Part shown: positions 16,670-20,000 of the stretch, piece by piece
Numbering within the stretch: position 1 is the first letter of the stretch
How the letters are laid out: each line of letters begins with the position of its first letter
IMG/VR virus record: IMGVR_UViG_3300034104_004859
Length of the DNA: 20,000 nucleotides
Source of the DNA: an uncultured virus (IMG/VR IMGVR_UViG_3300034104_004859)
Taxonomy: Duplodnaviria; Heunggongvirae; Uroviricota; Caudoviricetes
Strand: one strand, 5' to 3'
Made by a program: the position numbers and the translations under genes
Notes under the pieces: model-generated
What the model was told of the DNA's origin: nothing
What the model saw: only the letters and a program-made list of their open reading frames with translations
The model's database searches: none

Positions 16670-17254
16670 ATGGCAGTTCAATTTCCTAGTTATAGTAACG
16701 TTGACATGAATACCATTAGATATGCTATGGGACTTGTTGATAATGCAACTGGCCCCAATAGATATGAATCCGGTGATATGAATCGTATTGCAGGCCTTAC
16801 TGGTCGTGGCAGGGCATGGAGTGATTACGTTGGTGTAAATTTTTACGCATATTGCATAATGTATCAAAATGATGGTTACATATATGATGGATGTGCTGGT
16901 AGAGACCATTGGTGTTACTATGATGGTACTGATGAATATGGAGGATATGTAGGTCCATTTGGTGGTGGTTCTACATATAATACTGAAAGAGGATATAATA
17001 ATGGCACATTCTTAACATTTGGATATGGATATTGTTGGACATATTTTAGACCGTATTCATATCATACCTACGTTTCATATTCATACGCTCCATACAATTG
17101 TGCAGCATTTTATGTTGATATTCTTAGAAATGGTGGTGTTGTTGCTGGTAACTACTTTGCCTATGCAGGTGGAGACCAATATACTTCATATAACTTTGAC
17201 CAAGGATTCCAAGCATCAGAATCTATCACATGTAGATTGATATATTGGTATTAA
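16670..17254 (+). CDS. Tyr/Gly-rich beta protein, possibly virion-surface or fibre-tip
   Basis: 194 aa, no Lys, very rich in Y/G/N; function is inferred. Confidence 0.7.
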   Translation: MAVQFPSYSNVDMNTIRYAMGLVDNATGPNRYESGDMNRIAGLTGRGRAWSDYVGVNFYAYCIMYQNDGYIYDGCAGRDHWCYYDGTDEYGGYVGPFGGGSTYNTERGYNNGTFLTFGYGYCWTYFRPYSYHTYVSYSYAPYNCAAFYVDILRNGGVVAGNYFAYAGGDQYTSYNFDQGFQASESITCRLIYWY

Positions 17255-17260
17255 AAATAA

Positions 17261-17293
17261 ATTTGGTAGATTAAAAAATAATTCGTATATTTA
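17261..17293 (+). promoter_or_regulatory. Bacteroidota-type promoter (copy 5)
   Basis: ATTTGGTAGATTAAAAAATAATTCGTATATTTA. Confidence 0.78.
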
Positions 17294-17322
17294 CATAAAT
17301 AAAATAATTAAAAACAAAAAAT

Positions 17323-17643
17323 ATGGCAAAGGAATATTATAAAGTAGCTAATCAATGTATAGAATTTGATACAGACACATTTACTATGACTGTAACAATG
17401 CACGATGATAAATTTACAGTTGTATCTGTTCAAAAAATGGATGAACATGGGTTCAATGGACAATATCTTACTTTTAAAGGTAGTATGTACAGATCAATGG
17501 CTAACGCAGCTAACCCAGCGGTATTAGCAGCTATGCCTGAAAATGAAAGAAGACAATTAGAGCACATTCCATCTGTAACAGATGTAGAAACTTTCAATGA
17601 AATGAAACAATCTGCATTAGATTATCTTCAAACTATCGTATAA
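17323..17643 (+). CDS. Hypothetical protein
   Basis: 106 aa ORF downstream of promoter, A-rich leader. Confidence 0.75.
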   Translation: MAKEYYKVANQCIEFDTDTFTMTVTMHDDKFTVVSVQKMDEHGFNGQYLTFKGSMYRSMANAANPAVLAAMPENERRQLEHIPSVTDVETFNEMKQSALDYLQTIV

Positions 17644-17665
17644 CTCATTGATAATCAATTAGTTA
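17641..17665. repeat. 25-bp imperfect palindrome (copy 1)
   Basis: TAACTCATTGA-TAA-TCAATTAGTTA, ending 6 nt before promoter copy 6. Confidence 0.65.
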
Positions 17666-17671
17666 AAAAAT

Positions 17672-17704
17672 ATTTGGTAGTTTAAAATAATTATCATATC
17701 TTTA
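17672..17704 (+). promoter_or_regulatory. Bacteroidota-type promoter (copy 6)
   Basis: ATTTGGTAGTTTAAAATAATTATCATATCTTTA. Confidence 0.75.
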
Positions 17705-17719
17705 CTAAGATTGAAATTT

Positions 17720-17944
17720 ATGACTGAAAAAATAACAAATATAACTGTATATATCATATTATTGATTGTAATAGGATTTGCGGGTTATAGTATATTTACT
17801 AAAATCCACAATAGTTGGAAATCATATATTTGGGAAATGATATCAATTGTATTAATAATTAATGCATATTTTCAATACAGGTTTCTTAGAATATCTCAAA
17901 CAAAAATAAAGAGATATGAAAATAGATTCTTTGGTATAGAATAA
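17720..17944 (+). CDS. Small 2-TM membrane protein (ATG 17720 preferred to TTG 17711)
   Basis: MTEKITNITVYIILLIVIGFAGYSIF...; two hydrophobic segments. Confidence 0.6.
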   Translation: MTEKITNITVYIILLIVIGFAGYSIFTKIHNSWKSYIWEMISIVLIINAYFQYRFLRISQTKIKRYENRFFGIE

Positions 17945-17954
17945 AATAATATAT

Positions 17955-18026
17955 CGTGGGGTAGAGCAGTGGTAGCTCGCTAGGCTCATAACCTAGAGGC
18001 CGGTGGTTCGAACCCATCCCCCGCAA
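17955..18026 (+). tRNA. Initiator-type tRNA-Met (CAT)
   Basis: Cloverleaf CGTGGGG/CCCCGCA with C1:A72 mismatch, A11:U24, anticodon arm CTAGG-CTCATAA-CCTAG, GGTTCGAACC; CCA not encoded. Confidence 0.93.
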
Positions 18027-18035
18027 CAAAAAAAG

Positions 18036-18068
18036 ATTTGGTACTTTGAAAAAATTATCGTATCTTTA
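18036..18068 (+). promoter_or_regulatory. Bacteroidota-type promoter (copy 7)
   Basis: ATTTGGTACTTTGAAAAAATTATCGTATCTTTA. Confidence 0.8.
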
Positions 18069-18148
18069 ACAAAGTTAAGGTTGAAGCCATCAAATAATAA
18101 AACCGATTGAGTGACCTACCCAGTAGGGAAGAAAGCCGGACACCTTAA

Positions 18149-18173
18149 TAACTTATTGATTTTCAGTAAGTTA
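18149..18173. repeat. 25-bp imperfect palindrome (copy 2)
   Basis: TAACTTATTGA-TTT-TCAGTAAGTTA, ending 7 nt before promoter copy 8. Confidence 0.65.
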
Positions 18174-18180
18174 AAAAAAG

Positions 18181-18213
18181 ATTTGGTAGTTTGAAAAAAT
18201 TATCGTATCTTTA
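18181..18213 (+). promoter_or_regulatory. Bacteroidota-type promoter (copy 8)
   Basis: ATTTGGTAGTTTGAAAAAATTATCGTATCTTTA. Confidence 0.8.
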
Positions 18214-18281
18214 TGAAGATTCAAAAATAAAGTAGTTGATTGGTTTGACCAGAAAACAAAATTGAGAATCTTTAAAAATAA

Positions 18282-18314
18282 ATTTGGTAGTTTGAAAAAG
18301 ATTTCGTATCTTTA
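18282..18314 (+). promoter_or_regulatory. Bacteroidota-type promoter (copy 9)
   Basis: ATTTGGTAGTTTGAAAAAGATTTCGTATCTTTA. Confidence 0.8.
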
Positions 18315-18340
18315 TAAAGTTAGCAAATAACAAAAGAAAA

Positions 18341-18357
18341 GTTCTTTACATTATTGA
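18341..18357 (+). promoter_or_regulatory. boxA-like antitermination element
   Basis: GTTCTTTACATTATTGA resembles rrn boxA (GYTCTTTRA-like); lies between the last promoter and the large RNA. Confidence 0.45.
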
Positions 18358-18400
18358 AATAATTTGCACATAATAACTTAGTGTTATATAGTGTACAAAA

Positions 18401-19226
18401 TGGCCGCCTATGGTCATTAAATAAACTACGAAAGTAGGATAAAGTGAAACATTTGGTTAAGTGTTTTGCGGTTCACAACCCTGTAAGGTTATGAGCTTGA
18501 GTAGGCAAGTGAGATATCATTGAGGCTTTGTATGTGAGGGTAACACTGTAGCAGAAGAGTTTTGATGACTGAGCAATTGTAGATTGTTCAGTTGAGTTGG
18601 GAACAACGATAAGAATAACTCATAGGATTATTGTAAGATATATGAACTTAATCCCTTCATACTATTGCGTGATTCAATATTAGAGTGGTCTTAACATCAA
18701 GCTATCCGAAAGGACGTAAGATAAGACTGTGTACGCGTGGTGGCGTTACTATCCTTGTATAGAGTTTACCAAAACCTATATTTGAAGATGACTCAAAATA
18801 TGGTGATAGGGATATCACATCTGGTAGTATAGTATTCTGTTCTTCAAAAGGGGACAGAGCTGGTGATGAACCACTACCGGAATCCATCTACGAACCAAAC
18901 CCTTTATGCTAAATATACAGGATATATAAACATAAAAGCAAAAGTGTTCATCAGTTATGACTGAAAGATGTCTACACAGTATTGAGTGTTCAATGCCATT
19001 GTTACTCGCAAGGTAATGGTGATTCTTTCGAAAGGTTTCTAATCCCGCAAGGATTAATCAGGCCGATAGGTTTGAAGAAAATAAGTAAAGAGAGAGTAGG
19101 TTATGACTTTATGAGTGGTTGGCCGTAAGCAACCGACATTGATTTGGTACTTCTCAAAAGGAAGTGGAAACGAAAGGAACTAATAATCTTTCAAAAGCTG
19201 AATCACCCATTGGAGTATTCTCATCC
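18401..19226 (+). ncRNA. Large structured ncRNA (~830 nt), GOLLD-like; boundaries approximate
   Basis: No credible ORF and higher GC. Many hairpins: CTAC-GAAA-GTAG 18426-37, TCC-GAAA-GGA 18705-14, two TCAAAAG-loop stems at 18835-59 and 19149-65, TAATCC-CGCAA-GGATTA. The 3' TATTCTC can pair with GAGAGTA near 19092. Size and phage tRNA-cluster context fit GOLLD. Confidence 0.65.
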
Positions 19227-19234
19227 ATTTATAA

Positions 19235-19304
19235 GCGGTTTTAGTGTAACAGCAGCACATCGGACATTCCAGTTCGAAGGAGGGGGGCAGCACCTTTCAC
19301 CGCT
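19235..19304 (+). pseudogene. Degenerate tRNA-Gly-like element
   Basis: GCGGT/ACCGC acceptor with T discriminator, GTG(T)...GCAC D arm, TCGGA/TTCGA stem around an 8-nt loop CATTCCAG; T-loop lacks TTCG. Confidence 0.55.
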
Positions 19305-19357
19305 CGATACAACTGAAAAGTTGTTTTCATATCTTAATTTTTATTACAACTTGAAAA

Positions 19358-19381
19358 GGGGAATGTAGCAATATATTCCCC
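19358..19381 (+). other. GNRA-capped hairpin (processing site or weak terminator)
   Basis: GGGGAATGTA-GCAA-TATATTCCCC, no good U tract. Confidence 0.5.
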
Positions 19382-19449
19382 GATTTAGGCTTTAAGATAC
19401 TAACAACAATTCGGAAAAATAAAATTGATATACTTATTAATAGATAAAA

Positions 19450-19572
19450 ATGAAAAACCTTAACTTACATACAGAGTGTTTACTACCGATGTTTTCAAAA
19501 ACATGGGCAGGGAGAAGTGTGTATAATCAAATTAGTGATTGTAAGTTAGAGGTAAGTGCACAGGAAGTGTAA
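19450..19572 (+). CDS. Putative attenuator leader peptide (40 aa, not in ORF track)
   Basis: MKNLNLHTECLLPMFSKTWAGRSVYNQISDCKLEVSAQEV; A-rich start context; contains the antiterminator strand at 19544-19553. Confidence 0.65.
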   Translation: MKNLNLHTECLLPMFSKTWAGRSVYNQISDCKLEVSAQEV

Positions 19573-19598
19573 GATGTAAAAGTAAAAATTACAAATAG

Positions 19599-19640
19599 AA
19601 AGACCTCTAACTGATAAAAAAGTTAGAGGTTTTTTGTTTT
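19599..19640 (+). terminator. Intrinsic terminator (attenuator) abutting tRNA-Asn
   Basis: ACCTCTAACT-GATAAAAA-AGTTAGAGGT 10-bp stem followed by TTTTTGTTTT. Confidence 0.85.
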
Positions 19641-19712
19641 GGGGATATAGCTCAGCGGTAGAGCGGGTCACTGTTAATGACTAGGTCATAGGTTCGAATC
19701 CTTTTATCCCCG
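19641..19712 (+). tRNA. tRNA-Asn (GTT)
   Basis: GGGGATA/TATCCCC acceptor, G73, GGTCA-CTGTTAA-TGACT, GGTTCGAATCC. Confidence 0.93.
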
Positions 19713-19719
19713 CTGATAG

Positions 19720-19732
19720 GTTCTTTGACATT
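19720..19732 (+). promoter_or_regulatory. boxA-like antitermination element
   Basis: GTTCTTTGACATT between tRNA-Asn and tRNA-Val. Confidence 0.5.
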
Positions 19733-19745
19733 GTGGAAAAAAGTT

Positions 19746-19820
19746 GGAAGTTTAGCTCAGTTGGTTTAGAGCATCACGTTTACACCGTGAGGGTCATAGG
19801 TTCGAATCCTGTAACTTCCA
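19746..19820 (+). tRNA. tRNA-Val (TAC)
   Basis: GGAAGTT/AACTTCC acceptor, A73, TCACG-TTTACAC-CGTGA, GGTTCGAATCC. Confidence 0.95.
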
Positions 19821-19900
19821 CAAACGGTTACCAATCCGGAACACGCCTGGAAGTTTAGTGTATTAGCACACCGGGATATGGTGATAACAAAATTGGAAAT

Positions 19901-19982
19901 GGAGGTATCGCATAGTGGCAATTGCGGAGCACTGTAAATGCTCTCTCATTAGAGTTCGGTGGTTCGAGTCCATCTACCTTCA
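19901..19982 (+). tRNA. tRNA-Tyr (GTA)
   Basis: GGAGGTA/TACCTTC acceptor, GAGCA-CTGTAAA-TGCTC, long variable arm, GGTTCGAGTCC. Confidence 0.95.
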
Positions 19983-20000
19983 CAAACCCTAATAGTTTTC

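Noticed and set aside
495..16909. Minus-strand ORFs in the track (495-839, 1633-1890, 2532-2861, 3853-4107, 4724-4942, 5679-5927, 7144-7449, 8696-8908, 9435-9662, 10451-10699, 11376-11654, 13723-13917, 14524-14802, 16607-16909)
   Set aside because: All are antisense shadows of well-supported + strand genes, with no recognisable motifs
17019..17240. 73-aa alternative + frame ORF
   Set aside because: Nested within the 194-aa Tyr/Gly-rich gene; composition looks like an off-frame read
18072..18154. Hammerhead ribozyme
   Set aside because: GAAA and a stem are present but the CUGAnGA core is missing
18036..18314. Near-identical 33-bp repeats as a CRISPR array
   Set aside because: Irregular periods (145 and 101 bp), dispersed copies elsewhere at gene starts, promoter consensus match, no cas genes
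18702..18887. 61-aa minus-strand ORF
   Set aside because: Antisense to the structured RNA; no coding features
19142..19174. Tenth promoter copy (ATTTGGTAC)
   Set aside because: No TAnnTTT box at the 20-nt spacing; part of the ncRNA
18401..19226. rRNA fragment, tmRNA, RNase P or group I/II intron
   Set aside because: No rRNA universal sequences, tmRNA ends, RNase P GAGGAAAGTCC motif or interrupted host gene recognised
19144..19368. 74-aa TTG-start ORF
   Set aside because: Runs across the ncRNA 3' end and the tRNA-like element; likely spurious
19821..19900. HDV-like theta ribozyme in the tRNA-Val trailer
   Set aside because: Pairings are simply nested; I could not build the P1/P2/P3/P1.1 double pseudoknot or catalytic J4/2
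1..20000. Stop-codon reassignment as in some Bacteroidota phages
   Set aside because: TAG, TGA and TAA all end genes at sensible boundaries (e.g. TAG at 1224 before a terminator, TGA at 6570 ending IscA); conserved genes are uninterrupted in code 11

Overview
AT-rich, gene-dense window with almost every credible gene on the + strand. It is most likely part of a large (jumbo/huge) phage infecting a Bacteroidota host: there are nine copies of a TTTG-N20-TAnnTTT(G/A) Bacteroidota-type promoter, genes mostly lack Shine-Dalgarno sites, and the bS21 is Bacteroidota-like. The window holds many small hypothetical genes plus auxiliary genes: MoxR/CbbQ-type AAA ATPase, FolE, IscU, ferredoxin, bS21, IscA, TerC, a second AAA ATPase, a GT31-like glycosyltransferase, a hotdog thioesterase, an NAD-dependent epimerase, and a heme oxygenase with an overlapping PcyA-like bilin reductase. 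The last 2 kb is an RNA-gene region: initiator tRNA-Met, three tandem promoters and a boxA-like site, an ~830-nt GOLLD-like structured RNA, a degenerate tRNA-like element, and tRNA-Asn/Val/Tyr. The most striking unannotated signal is an apparent ribosome-coupled transcription attenuator directly in front of the tRNA cluster. A 40-codon leader ORF (19450-19572) uses all 20 amino acids in its first 30 codons, then carries a perfect 10-nt antiterminator strand able to disrupt the intrinsic terminator abutting tRNA-Asn. All family calls come from motif recognition by eye; no database searches were run.
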